Shown: positions 18,485 through 27,723 of the stretch, in pieces
Numbering within the stretch: position 1 is the stretch's first letter
How the letters are laid out: each line of letters starts with the position of its first letter
Assembly (NCBI GenBank): GCA_903842795.1
Contig: CAIMNJ010000013.1
Span: forward strand, 69,302-133,301
Length of the DNA stretch: 64,000 nt
Source of the DNA: an uncultured bacterium
GTDB lineage: Bacteria > Patescibacteriota > Microgenomatia > UBA1400 > PJMF01
Direction of reading: 5' to 3'
Made by a program: the position numbers and the translations under genes
The notes under the pieces: model-generated
Database searches by the model: none
What the model was told of the DNA's origin: nothing
Seen by the model: only the letters and a program-made list of their open reading frames with translations

Positions 18485-20824
18485 GTGAATATGGATAAAG
18501 AAGCAAGTGCGAGACTCATTATTAACAAACTGCTTGAACAAGCTGGTTGGGTTCTGGTTAATAGTGATCAAATAAAAGCGAACGTTGATGTTGAAAATCA
18601 CCTAGTAGATGATGAGGAAAAGGAAAACAGTGGTTTTGCTGACTATGTCCTTTACGGACAAGATAGAAAACCAGTTGCTGTTATTGAAGCCAAGAGAAGT
18701 CAAATCGATCCCTTAGACGCTAAAGAGCAGGCGCGCATTTATGCTCAACAGCTAGGTGTTAGATGGGTGCTACTTTCTAATGGTGAAAAACACTACCAGT
18801 GGAATATTGAAGAAGGTAATCCAGAAGAAATCACTCGTTTTCCATCACAGGAGTCACTTGAATCAAACGTAAGCATTAAAAGAGATGCTGATTCACTAAT
18901 TAGTGAAGTTGTTGGCGATGATTATGTAGCTCTCACTCAAAACCCAATTTATCGACAAGATCCACGCTGGCAAACTGCAGATGGTAGAAAGCAAATGATT
19001 CAAACAGATAAATTGCGTTTTTTACGTGATTATCAATTGGATGCTATCAAATCAATTCAAAAAGCAGTTTCTACTGGCAAGAAAAGTTTTCTTTTTGAAA
19101 TGGCTACTGGGACAGGTAAGACCTTAACTGCTGCTGCTATTATTAAACTATTTATCAAAACTCAGAATGCTTCAAGAGTTTTATTTTTAGTTGATCGTTT
19201 GGAATTAGAAAATCAAGCCTTTAAAAATTTCCGTGATTATCTAAAACCAGATATCACGACTGTAATTTACAAAGAACATAAAGACGATTGGCACAGAGCT
19301 GAAGTAGTGGTGACTACTGTGCAAAGCATTATGAATGATGCTAAATTCCAAGATATTTTTAATCCTAATGATTTTGATTTAATTATCTCTGACGAAGCTC
19401 ATCGCGCTATTGGTGGTGATGGTGCTAGTCGTAGAGTTTTTGAATATTTCTCTGGATACAAACTAGGTTTAACAGCAACTCCAAAAGATTATCTTAAGAA
19501 TCTAGATACCAGCAAACTGGCAGAAACAGATCCTCGCCAGCTTGAAAAACGCACCCAACTCTCAACTTACGAAATCTTTGGTTGCGCTAGTGGCGAACCA
19601 ACTTTTCGCTACACTCTGCTAGATGGAGTTAAAGATGGATATCTTATCAATCCATATGTGCTCGACTGCCGTACTAAAGTAACCACCCAATTACTTTCCG
19701 ATGAAGGCTATTCTGTGGCTAATAACTCAGATGATAGTGGTGATGAAGAGGCCATCTACCATGCTGGTGATTTTGAGAAGAAGTTTTTTAGTGAAGATAC
19801 CAATCGCAAATTTGTCGAACTATTTTTTAGGAAAGCTCTGCGTGATCCAATTTCTAAAGAAATTGGCAAAACTATTGTTTTTTGTGTTAGCCAAAATCAT
19901 GCCAGAAAAATTACTCAACTGATGAATGAATATGCTTATGAATATTTTAATGGGTTATACAACTCAGATTTTGCCATTCAAATTACTTCCAATATACGCG
20001 ATGCTCAACCATTTACAATTAAATTTTCCAATAATAATCTAAGTGGAAACTCTCGTCATTTAGAAAATTACAAAACTAGCAAAACTAGAGTTTGTATCAC
20101 TGTCGGTATGATGACAACTGGTTATGATTGTCCAGATTTGCTAAATATTTGTTTGATGAGACCAATTTTTTCACCTCAAGATTTTGTGCAAATCAAAGGT
20201 CGCGGTACTCGTAAACACATCTTTAATTATTCTGAACGTCTAAATGGTCAAGAAGTTGAACAAAATGCAAATAAAGAGCGATTTAATCTTTTTGATTTCT
20301 TTGCAAACTGTGAATTTTTTGAAAATGATTACCCATACGATGAAACGCCACAGTTGCCAAAGATTAGAGAAAAAACTGTTGATGGTAAAAATGGTTTGAA
20401 CGGTAACATAATAGTTGATTATGGTTTTTCTCCAGAAGAATTTGCTCATAATCGTAAATCAGCAGATCAAATTGCAGATATTAAGGAAAAACAAATTGGC
20501 TATGAAGGCATGAATATTGATTCTAAGCTTTACAACATGTTGCGAGACAAAGCTAATTCGGCAGCTTTAAAAAAATCTGAAATAGAAAAACAAGCTCAAG
20601 ATTGGTGGAGTGAATTTTCTAGACAACTTACAGTAACTTATGATTTGATGGATGAAATTAAATCTCTTTTTGATTTAGTGGTTTTTGACGAACAAATTTT
20701 CCAAGATCTAAGCAATCACGAATTTAGTAAATATGCTAACATGCCGGAATTGTGGAATTTACTTAATTCATTAGGAAGAACCTGGATTGATCGAGTTGTA
20801 AATTTTATTAAACAGAAAAAATAA
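18485..20824 (+). CDS. hsdR: type I restriction enzyme R subunit-like protein (HSDR_N nuclease + SF2 helicase), compact 779 aa
   Basis: N-terminal HsdR_N PD-(D/E)xK region (ADYVLYG...IEAKR), helicase motif I FEMATGTGKT, motif II ISDEAHRA, motif VI QIKGRGTR. Confidence 0.75.
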   Translation: MNMDKEASARLIINKLLEQAGWVLVNSDQIKANVDVENHLVDDEEKENSGFADYVLYGQDRKPVAVIEAKRSQIDPLDAKEQARIYAQQLGVRWVLLSNGEKHYQWNIEEGNPEEITRFPSQESLESNVSIKRDADSLISEVVGDDYVALTQNPIYRQDPRWQTADGRKQMIQTDKLRFLRDYQLDAIKSIQKAVSTGKKSFLFEMATGTGKTLTAAAIIKLFIKTQNASRVLFLVDRLELENQAFKNFRDYLKPDITTVIYKEHKDDWHRAEVVVTTVQSIMNDAKFQDIFNPNDFDLIISDEAHRAIGGDGASRRVFEYFSGYKLGLTATPKDYLKNLDTSKLAETDPRQLEKRTQLSTYEIFGCASGEPTFRYTLLDGVKDGYLINPYVLDCRTKVTTQLLSDEGYSVANNSDDSGDEEAIYHAGDFEKKFFSEDTNRKFVELFFRKALRDPISKEIGKTIVFCVSQNHARKITQLMNEYAYEYFNGLYNSDFAIQITSNIRDAQPFTIKFSNNNLSGNSRHLENYKTSKTRVCITVGMMTTGYDCPDLLNICLMRPIFSPQDFVQIKGRGTRKHIFNYSERLNGQEVEQNANKERFNLFDFFANCEFFENDYPYDETPQLPKIREKTVDGKNGLNGNIIVDYGFSPEEFAHNRKSADQIADIKEKQIGYEGMNIDSKLYNMLRDKANSAALKKSEIEKQAQDWWSEFSRQLTVTYDLMDEIKSLFDLVVFDEQIFQDLSNHEFSKYANMPELWNLLNSLGRTWIDRVVNFIKQKK

Positions 20825-20837
20825 ATAATTCAAACCT

Positions 20838-23399
20838 ATGCTAACTACTGCTACTAAGAAAAAAATTGATAATGCCAGAGATATTTTGGTTGGAAAAATT
20901 CCTATGCCTACTGCTCAAGTAGAGCAGATTACTTTAGCTTTGATCTATAAATTCATGTCTGACATGGACAAAAAGGCCAAAGATTTGGGAGACGCTGATG
21001 GCTTTTTTGCCAATGGTTATGAGAAATATGCTTGGGAAAAATTGATGGATAAAGCCCTACCCGCTCGTGATCGAGTTTTGCTTTACCGTGAAGCTCTGGA
21101 AAAAATGGCTCTTAACCCTTACATTCCTCAACTATTTTGCGATGTTTTTCGCAATGCTTCATTGCCTTTTAATGATCCTGAAACCCTCAAGCTGTTTCTA
21201 GATGTCATTGATCAATTTGAATATGACCATAGCGAAGAGCTTGGCAACGCTTTTGAATATTTATTACAGGTGATGGGTAGCCAGGGTGATGCAGGCCAAT
21301 TCCGAACACCACGTCATATCATTGATTTTATTGTTCAAGTCGTTGAGCCACAAAAAACTGATAAAATTCTTGATCCTGCTTGTGGAACTGCTGGTTTCTT
21401 AATTTCGGCTTACAAATATCTAAAAGAAAAAGGTTTATCTAGTGATGAAATGAACCAAATTTCTGAAAACTTTGTTGGCTATGATATTTCTCAGGACATG
21501 CAACGCTTATCATTGGTAAACATGTATTTACATCATTTACCCAACCCCCATATCTATGAATATGACTCGTTAACTAGCGAAGATAGGTGGAATGAAAATT
21601 TTGATGTTATTTTAGCTAATCCACCATTTATGTCACCAAAAGGCGGCATCAAACCACATAATCATTTTTCTGTGCCATCAAAACGTGCTGAAGTGCTTTT
21701 TGTCGATTATATTATGGAGCACTTAAATGGTAAAGGAAAAGCAGGAGTGATTGTGCCGGAAGGCATTATTTTTCAAAGCCAAAATACATACAAAGCTTTG
21801 CGCAAAATGATGATTGAAGAAAATTTTTTGTGGGCTGTGGTATCTTTACCGGCTGGAGTTTTTCAACCATATTCTGGTGTAAAGACAAGCATTCTTTTGT
21901 TTGACAGAGAAATTGCTAAGAAAACTGACAAAATCTTATTTGTGAAAGTAAATAGCGATGGTTTTGATCTTGGTGCTCAGAGACGAGAATCAGATAAAAA
22001 TGATTTGCCAGTTGCTCGAAACTTACTTTTGAAGTTTAAACAAGCAATTCTAAGTGGAAAAGAGCTCAGCTTAGATGATGCTCTTGAGATGAGCGGTGGC
22101 CCCAGTGACAAAGACATGGTGCATAGCTATGGCTTTGATCTGAATGCCAATAGCAATATTAAGTTAGATCAAATTGTCAGTAAAGCCTACGATGAAGTGA
22201 CCAAAGACAGCATTAAAGAATCAAATTATGATTTGAGCGTGGATAAGTATAAGGTAAGTGCTGTTGGTAATAGCGAGAAATGGGCAACGGTCACATTAGG
22301 CGAAATCTGTACTTTATTGCAAAGAGGAAAATCACCAAAATATGGTGAAAGTAACTTTCAAATAATCAAGTCAGGTCAAGCGAGAGGGTATTTCACATTT
22401 GATTTCAGCACGAAATACTTTGTGGATGAAAATTTTAAGATTGACCATAGAAAACTTGAAAAAGGAGATCTTCTAGTAAATTCCACTGGCGTGGGTACAG
22501 CTGGAAGAGTTACTTTATTTGATTTAAACGGTGATTATCTTGCAGACGGACACATAACAATTGTCAGACTTAATAAAAAAATTGCTAATTCAAAATTTGT
22601 TCTTTATGTTTTGGCGAACTATTATGGTTTCAAAACAATAGAAAAGATGGCAACTGGCAGCGGTGGACAAATCGAACTCTCGTTAGACACAATTCGATCC
22701 TTAAAAATTCCATTACCTCCAATCTCGATTCAAGAAGAAATTATTGAAGAAATCGACCAATTCAAAAAAATCATCGATGGGGCAAAACAAATTTTAAATA
22801 GTTGGAAGCCAATAATAAAAGTTGATTCAAAGTGGGAGGAAGTAAGACTAGGGGATATATGTGATGTTAGAGATGGAACACATGAAAGTCCAAAGAAAAT
22901 TTTAATTGGGTATCCTCTAATTACTTCAAAGAATATTAAATCTGGAAAGATAGATTTTTCTAATGTTAGTTATATATCTAATGAAGATTTTAATAAAATA
23001 TCTAAGCGTTCTCATGTTGATATTGGTGACATCATCATGCCAATGATAGGAACAATTGGAGGAGCATGCTTAATTAGATCTAAGGAAAAGGAATTTGCAA
23101 TTAAAAATGTTGCTCTTTTTAAAAAATCAGAAAAAATTATTCCTGAATTTTTATTAAATACATTAAACTCTGATGTTTTTAGAAAAATGTTTGAAAATAA
23201 ATCATCCGGTTCTACTCAAAAATTTGTATCACTCTCAGTTTTAAGAGATCTTAAAATTAAAACTCCATCTTTAGAAGTACAAAAAGAAATTGTTGGTAAT
23301 ATTCAAATGGAACTATTAATTATAGAGGGTGTTAAAGAATTAATTAATAATTATCAACAAAGGAGCAAGAAGAAAATTGAAGAAGTTTGGAAAAAATAG
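20838..23399 (+). CDS. type I RM methyltransferase-specificity fusion (HsdM N6-adenine MTase + two HsdS target-recognition domains)
   Basis: MTase motif I LDPACGTAGFL and motif IV LANPPF; C-terminal half has two TRD repeats (LGEICTLLQRGKSPKY... / LGDICDVRDGTHESPK...) with conserved HsdS spacer helices. Confidence 0.8.
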   Translation: MLTTATKKKIDNARDILVGKIPMPTAQVEQITLALIYKFMSDMDKKAKDLGDADGFFANGYEKYAWEKLMDKALPARDRVLLYREALEKMALNPYIPQLFCDVFRNASLPFNDPETLKLFLDVIDQFEYDHSEELGNAFEYLLQVMGSQGDAGQFRTPRHIIDFIVQVVEPQKTDKILDPACGTAGFLISAYKYLKEKGLSSDEMNQISENFVGYDISQDMQRLSLVNMYLHHLPNPHIYEYDSLTSEDRWNENFDVILANPPFMSPKGGIKPHNHFSVPSKRAEVLFVDYIMEHLNGKGKAGVIVPEGIIFQSQNTYKALRKMMIEENFLWAVVSLPAGVFQPYSGVKTSILLFDREIAKKTDKILFVKVNSDGFDLGAQRRESDKNDLPVARNLLLKFKQAILSGKELSLDDALEMSGGPSDKDMVHSYGFDLNANSNIKLDQIVSKAYDEVTKDSIKESNYDLSVDKYKVSAVGNSEKWATVTLGEICTLLQRGKSPKYGESNFQIIKSGQARGYFTFDFSTKYFVDENFKIDHRKLEKGDLLVNSTGVGTAGRVTLFDLNGDYLADGHITIVRLNKKIANSKFVLYVLANYYGFKTIEKMATGSGGQIELSLDTIRSLKIPLPPISIQEEIIEEIDQFKKIIDGAKQILNSWKPIIKVDSKWEEVRLGDICDVRDGTHESPKKILIGYPLITSKNIKSGKIDFSNVSYISNEDFNKISKRSHVDIGDIIMPMIGTIGGACLIRSKEKEFAIKNVALFKKSEKIIPEFLLNTLNSDVFRKMFENKSSGSTQKFVSLSVLRDLKIKTPSLEVQKEIVGNIQMELLIIEGVKELINNYQQRSKKKIEEVWKK

Positions 23400-23415
23400 T
23401 AAATGAAATGTTTGA

Positions 23416-23682
23416 ATGAAAATAATGAAATTAGATAAAGATCTGAGGGAACTGATTAAAGGAGTAACTAGTCCATATGTTTCTCAGAGAGATCCATCAT
23501 TTGGTTCTGCACAGATCACTAACATCCAGTCTATTAGAAATTTAGAAAAGACTATTAAAAAATTAGACAAACAAAATTCAGTTTTGAGTGTAAGAATGTA
23601 TTTCCTAGCAGTAATAAGTGGATTATTGGTATTTATTCAATTAGTTGAATATGCGATAAAGATATTCAACTTTTTTAAATAA
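23416..23682 (+). CDS. small hypothetical protein with C-terminal TM helix
   Basis: ORF only; hydrophobic C-terminus. Confidence 0.3.
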   Translation: MKIMKLDKDLRELIKGVTSPYVSQRDPSFGSAQITNIQSIRNLEKTIKKLDKQNSVLSVRMYFLAVISGLLVFIQLVEYAIKIFNFFK

Positions 23683-25099
23683 TTTTTTTCCAAATCTCCA
23701 CCATTGCCAAGGTATCTCTTTCACAATATTTAAGCAGTGCTTCTTTAATATCACTTCTCACATTCTCTGACATGCTTTTTCCAGCATTGATCATGTCCCA
23801 CCAAGTAATCATTGCCAGATCACCCTTACCAATCGCCAAATCTTTATAACTTAAATTCGGCACCAAAACAGGCAAAACCTTTTTAATTGACCAACTACCA
23901 CTGAAAGCCGGATCAATGTAATAACCTTTTCTTACTATTTCTGCCAAATCATAAATGCGTTCATTTACATCTAATAAAAAGTCACTAAATTCAGGATACA
24001 TTTTTGCTAGTTCAGCATTCCTGCTAGTTTCAAAAGTTTTGTTCCACACAATTACACTGCCATGATCTCCAATGTCACTTCGTAATTTCTTAACTAGTTC
24101 TATAGCTGGATCTCCAGTTCTATCTGCCAAATACTCACTGTGAGTCATTTCACCTTTTTCATTTACCATATGGAGAGAATATTGAAAAACCATTTGTTGC
24201 TGAGGATGATAACCTGGATATAAAGGTAAAGCTAAATTGCAGGTCTCATAATCTAAGAAATATAAAGGATAAGTTAATTTTCCCAGTGATTCTTTAACTG
24301 CTTCCAAATCAATAATAGCTTTGTTTTCTTTAACAGCTCTGACATGATTTTCTTGCAAAGGACTCAGTTTAAAATCCTCCGGAATATCTGAAATTTTAAT
24401 AATGCCATCTTCTATTAAAGAATTAGCTTTCTTTTGACTTAAATTTGGCAAAGTGTAGATTGAATGCTCTGGTAAATTAGGATGACATAGATTTGGACAA
24501 GGACATTTGTCTGGAGTGTAACAATGGGCAACTTTACTTGGATCATCCTGACTAATATCTGCCAATGCTTTTTCTCTTAGTTCCCTTACTTCATCTGCTA
24601 TTGATCTACATCTGTCAGTAATGTCTTCTATGGCAAACATTTGATCAAAAACATAATGACCATCGTAAATATAGTTGGCATTTAAATGTAATAGATAGAC
24701 GTGTCCAACAGGCTTTTCTTTTTCAACAATCAACATTTGAAAAGTCGCATCGTAGATATGTTCTTTTTTAACTTCAGTTGAGCTTTTGATTTCATAGATA
24801 TCTGTTTTACCTGTAGCAGCAATTTCTATTGTTTCATCAGCTATAGCTTCAAAATTGCCATCAACAAAGACTGGTTGGTGGCTGCCAGTATCGCCAACTT
24901 TGGCAGTAGATATGAAAATTTCTGTGAAATATTGACTAGCTAATTTCTCTGCTTTTTGACCTTGCAACATAATAAATTGGTCAAAATCAGAAGGAGCTGT
25001 TCTCTCAAGTAAATTGTGCTTTTTAGCCCACAAATGTCTTGGTGCTTCTTGGTAGAGGAGAAAGTCTGATTTGGTAAGTTGCATAGCTAAATTGTACAA
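23675..25099 (-). CDS. DUF2779-like protein, probable PD-(D/E)xK (RecB/Cas4-like) nuclease family
   Basis: Recalled DUF2779 signature around FLDYETCNLALPLYPGYHPQQQMVFQYSLH; Cys cluster CYTPDKCPCPNLCHP; no database check possible. Confidence 0.5.
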   Translation of the reverse strand: MYNLAMQLTKSDFLLYQEAPRHLWAKKHNLLERTAPSDFDQFIMLQGQKAEKLASQYFTEIFISTAKVGDTGSHQPVFVDGNFEAIADETIEIAATGKTDIYEIKSSTEVKKEHIYDATFQMLIVEKEKPVGHVYLLHLNANYIYDGHYVFDQMFAIEDITDRCRSIADEVRELREKALADISQDDPSKVAHCYTPDKCPCPNLCHPNLPEHSIYTLPNLSQKKANSLIEDGIIKISDIPEDFKLSPLQENHVRAVKENKAIIDLEAVKESLGKLTYPLYFLDYETCNLALPLYPGYHPQQQMVFQYSLHMVNEKGEMTHSEYLADRTGDPAIELVKKLRSDIGDHGSVIVWNKTFETSRNAELAKMYPEFSDFLLDVNERIYDLAEIVRKGYYIDPAFSGSWSIKKVLPVLVPNLSYKDLAIGKGDLAMITWWDMINAGKSMSENVRSDIKEALLKYCERDTLAMVEIWKKII

Positions 25100-25148
25100 T
25101 CAAAATAGGTACAAAGATAGCAAAAACTATCTGCTATAGTAGAGATAT

Positions 25149-26096
25149 ATGTCATTCTTTAACCAAGATCTCGACTCACTCCTCAAAGAAGTAATTCTTT
25201 TGCTTCAAACTTCAGATTACGCCAGTTCTTCACTCATTCAAAGACGCTTTTCTATTGGTTATGCTCGTGCTGCCAGAATAATAGATCAACTGTATGAATT
25301 AGGTTTTGTTGGTGCTCCCGATGGATCTAAACCAAGAGAAATATTGATTAAAGATATACCAGAAAATTTTGATTTAGAAAAGTATCTCCAAGATATGGTG
25401 CTACTTAAAAGTACTCCCACAAGTGAATGGAAAAGAGTCAAAGAAGCTATGGATGGCCATATTCTTAAGCTAGGTAAGAACCAAAAGAAAAAATTAGTCA
25501 CTCTAGATTTAGAAAAGTATGGCAACTTAATTTTAGTTGGTTCTGAGCTTACTAATATTTCTAAACTAACAAACAAAATTCTCAGTCAATTAGTTGAAGA
25601 AAAATCTCCTGAAGAACTAAAGTTTATCGTGGCCGATCCTTCATCAAATCAACTTGAAATTAAAGATGGCGACCCACATCTATTAACACCAGTGATAGAT
25701 AATCCAGGAAAATTAGTGCCAGCTCTTGCTTGGTTGTCTATGGAAGTTGATAAGAGAAGAAAAGCAGAGAGCTCAGAATTTAATTTGCCAATTCTACTAT
25801 TTATTAATAATTTTAATGAATTTAATTATTACGCTGCTGCGGAGATTCAAGATCGTATGTCTAGAATTCTCAAATTAGGTAGAAATGTAAAAGTTTACTG
25901 TATTATCTCTTTTGACTATCTAGATCCAAACATTAAAAAAGATCTCTTTGTTAGTGTTGGTGCTAAAATTGTTTTTAAGCCTACCACCGAGCACATGGCT
26001 CGTAACAACGGCATTCCAGAATCAATTGAACTCACTAGTCCAGATGAAGCTATTCTAGAGACAATGTATGAGGGGAGAGAAACTTTTTCCATCTAA
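25149..26096 (+). CDS. FtsK-like protein: N-terminal FtsK-gamma (KOPS-binding winged helix) + degenerate RecA-like motor domain
   Basis: SSSLIQRRFSIGYARAARIIDQLYELGFVG matches the FtsK gamma domain; downstream LKFIVADP...PHLLTPVIDNPGKLVPALAWLSMEVDKRRK and later blocks align to the FtsK beta domain, but Walker A is LVGSELTNISK and Walker B is FINNF. Confidence 0.7.
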   Translation: MSFFNQDLDSLLKEVILLLQTSDYASSSLIQRRFSIGYARAARIIDQLYELGFVGAPDGSKPREILIKDIPENFDLEKYLQDMVLLKSTPTSEWKRVKEAMDGHILKLGKNQKKKLVTLDLEKYGNLILVGSELTNISKLTNKILSQLVEEKSPEELKFIVADPSSNQLEIKDGDPHLLTPVIDNPGKLVPALAWLSMEVDKRRKAESSEFNLPILLFINNFNEFNYYAAAEIQDRMSRILKLGRNVKVYCIISFDYLDPNIKKDLFVSVGAKIVFKPTTEHMARNNGIPESIELTSPDEAILETMYEGRETFSI

Positions 26097-26113
26097 TTTA
26101 AAAACTTAATTTT

Positions 26114-26710
26114 ATGTACAGCATTAATGAATATAATAATTTAGTTTCAAAATATGGCTCTTTTGCTAGTTGGGCAATTTGGAATTATGAGGATTCAAAA
26201 GACACCTCTATTATTGATAAAAATTTAGATCAACTGCATTCGAGATACGTTCTTCTTGGATTAAACATGTCTCGTTTATTAAATAGACCAGCTTGGTTTA
26301 ATTTTCATGACAACACTCATTCACGTAAAGTAAGATATGCCTGTAATGATAATGAATTGCGTGGCTCTTATATGACAGATCTTTTTAAAGACATGATCGA
26401 TCCAAGCTCTTCAAATTTTGAAAAGAATGTTACAAAAAAGGATATCGATGCGAATATAAAATTATTTAATCAAGAAATGGTAGACGTTAAAATAAATGAA
26501 GACACAAAATTTATTATTTTTGGTCAATCAACTTTTAGATTTTTTAATCAATATTTTAAACAAGATTATGGAAATGAAGTGATTTCTATTCCTCACTATT
26601 CTAGTAGAGGTACAGACAAAGAATGGGTAGAGGGTTTTTGGAAGAAGCTGAACATTAATTTAAATTTTGAATCTATTGTTAATAAATATATCAAAATAGA
26701 TCATTTATAA
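26114..26710 (+). CDS. hypothetical protein (198 aa)
   Basis: ORF with RBS context; no recognised motif. Confidence 0.4.
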   Translation: MYSINEYNNLVSKYGSFASWAIWNYEDSKDTSIIDKNLDQLHSRYVLLGLNMSRLLNRPAWFNFHDNTHSRKVRYACNDNELRGSYMTDLFKDMIDPSSSNFEKNVTKKDIDANIKLFNQEMVDVKINEDTKFIIFGQSTFRFFNQYFKQDYGNEVISIPHYSSRGTDKEWVEGFWKKLNINLNFESIVNKYIKIDHL

Positions 26711-26862
26711 AACAAGACACTCCTTTTACACTGTCTCATTTGTCTCATTTTTAGTACAATAATCTCTGGTGGAGCAGCAGTGCTATAACGACGTATGGTT
26801 CCAGACCCACATGCTCCGCAAACCAACAAATTTTTAGTTCACAGAGTTATACTACCTAGAAC

Positions 26863-27309
26863 ATGCGCATTTGGAGCATTCATCCCAGTCATTTAGACAC
26901 CAAAGGTTTGGTTGCCGTTTGGCGCGAAGGCCTGCTGGCTCACCATGTTCTTTCTGGAAAGACCAAGGGCTACATCAACCATCCTCAACTAATCAGATTT
27001 CGGCAGCATGCTTCTCCAATTGAGGCGATTACCAGCTATTTACACAGCATTGTTGATGAAGCAGAAAAAAGAGACTTCAAGTTTGATCGCCAAAAACTGC
27101 AAGCTCTCAAAAAAGTAGAAAAAATTGCACTTACTCGCGGCCAATTAGAGTACGAAACAAAACACTTAAAAGAAAAGCTACAAACCAGAGATCCTCAAAA
27201 ATTCATCTTGTTAGAGAGCCAATCCTTGTTTCCTGCTCACCCTCTTTTTGAATTGATCGAAGGCCCAATTGCCAGCTGGGAAAAAATTAAAATTAAGCAA
27301 GAAAAATAA
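26863..27309 (+). CDS. pyrimidine dimer DNA glycosylase/endonuclease V-like protein (tentative)
   Basis: N-terminus MRIWSIHPSHLDTKGLVAVWREGLLAHHVL...HPQLIRF resembles the bacterial Pyr_excise family from memory. Confidence 0.5.
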   Translation: MRIWSIHPSHLDTKGLVAVWREGLLAHHVLSGKTKGYINHPQLIRFRQHASPIEAITSYLHSIVDEAEKRDFKFDRQKLQALKKVEKIALTRGQLEYETKHLKEKLQTRDPQKFILLESQSLFPAHPLFELIEGPIASWEKIKIKQEK

Positions 27310-27330
27310 CTTTCATGCTAGAATTAAATT

Positions 27331-27723
27331 ATGCTCAAACAATTTGTTGTTGCTTTCATTACATTTCTCGCCATTGACGGCCTTTGGCTCACTATTGTCG
27401 CCAAAGATTTTTATGCCAAACATCTTGGTTTCATCATGACCAAAACTCCCAATCTCGCCGCAGCCTTAATCTTCTATTTGATCTATATTTTTACCATGGT
27501 TGTGTTGATTATTTCTCCGGCTTTGCAAAAAGGCTCGCTCATGGCGGCAATTTTGACTGGCGCTCTTTTTGGTCTTTGTGCTTATGCCACTTATGATCTG
27601 ACCAATCTCGCTACCCTCAGAGACTGGCCTCTCTTAGTCACCATAGTTGATCTAATTTGGGGTACATTCCTCTCTGGAGCAGTGGCAGGCATCAGTTACT
27701 TAATCTTAACTAAAATATTATGA
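27331..27723 (+). CDS. small integral membrane protein (DUF2177-like?)
   Basis: Four hydrophobic helices in 130 aa. Confidence 0.45.
   Translation: MLKQFVVAFITFLAIDGLWLTIVAKDFYAKHLGFIMTKTPNLAAALIFYLIYIFTMVVLIISPALQKGSLMAAILTGALFGLCAYATYDLTNLATLRDWPLLVTIVDLIWGTFLSGAVAGISYLILTKIL

Noticed and set aside
26741-26830. Possible minus-strand tRNA ending in ...TGCTCCACCA
   Set aside because: Manual folding gives only about 51 nt between a candidate acceptor 5' arm and the CCA, too short for a cloverleaf; no D or T arm could be formed.
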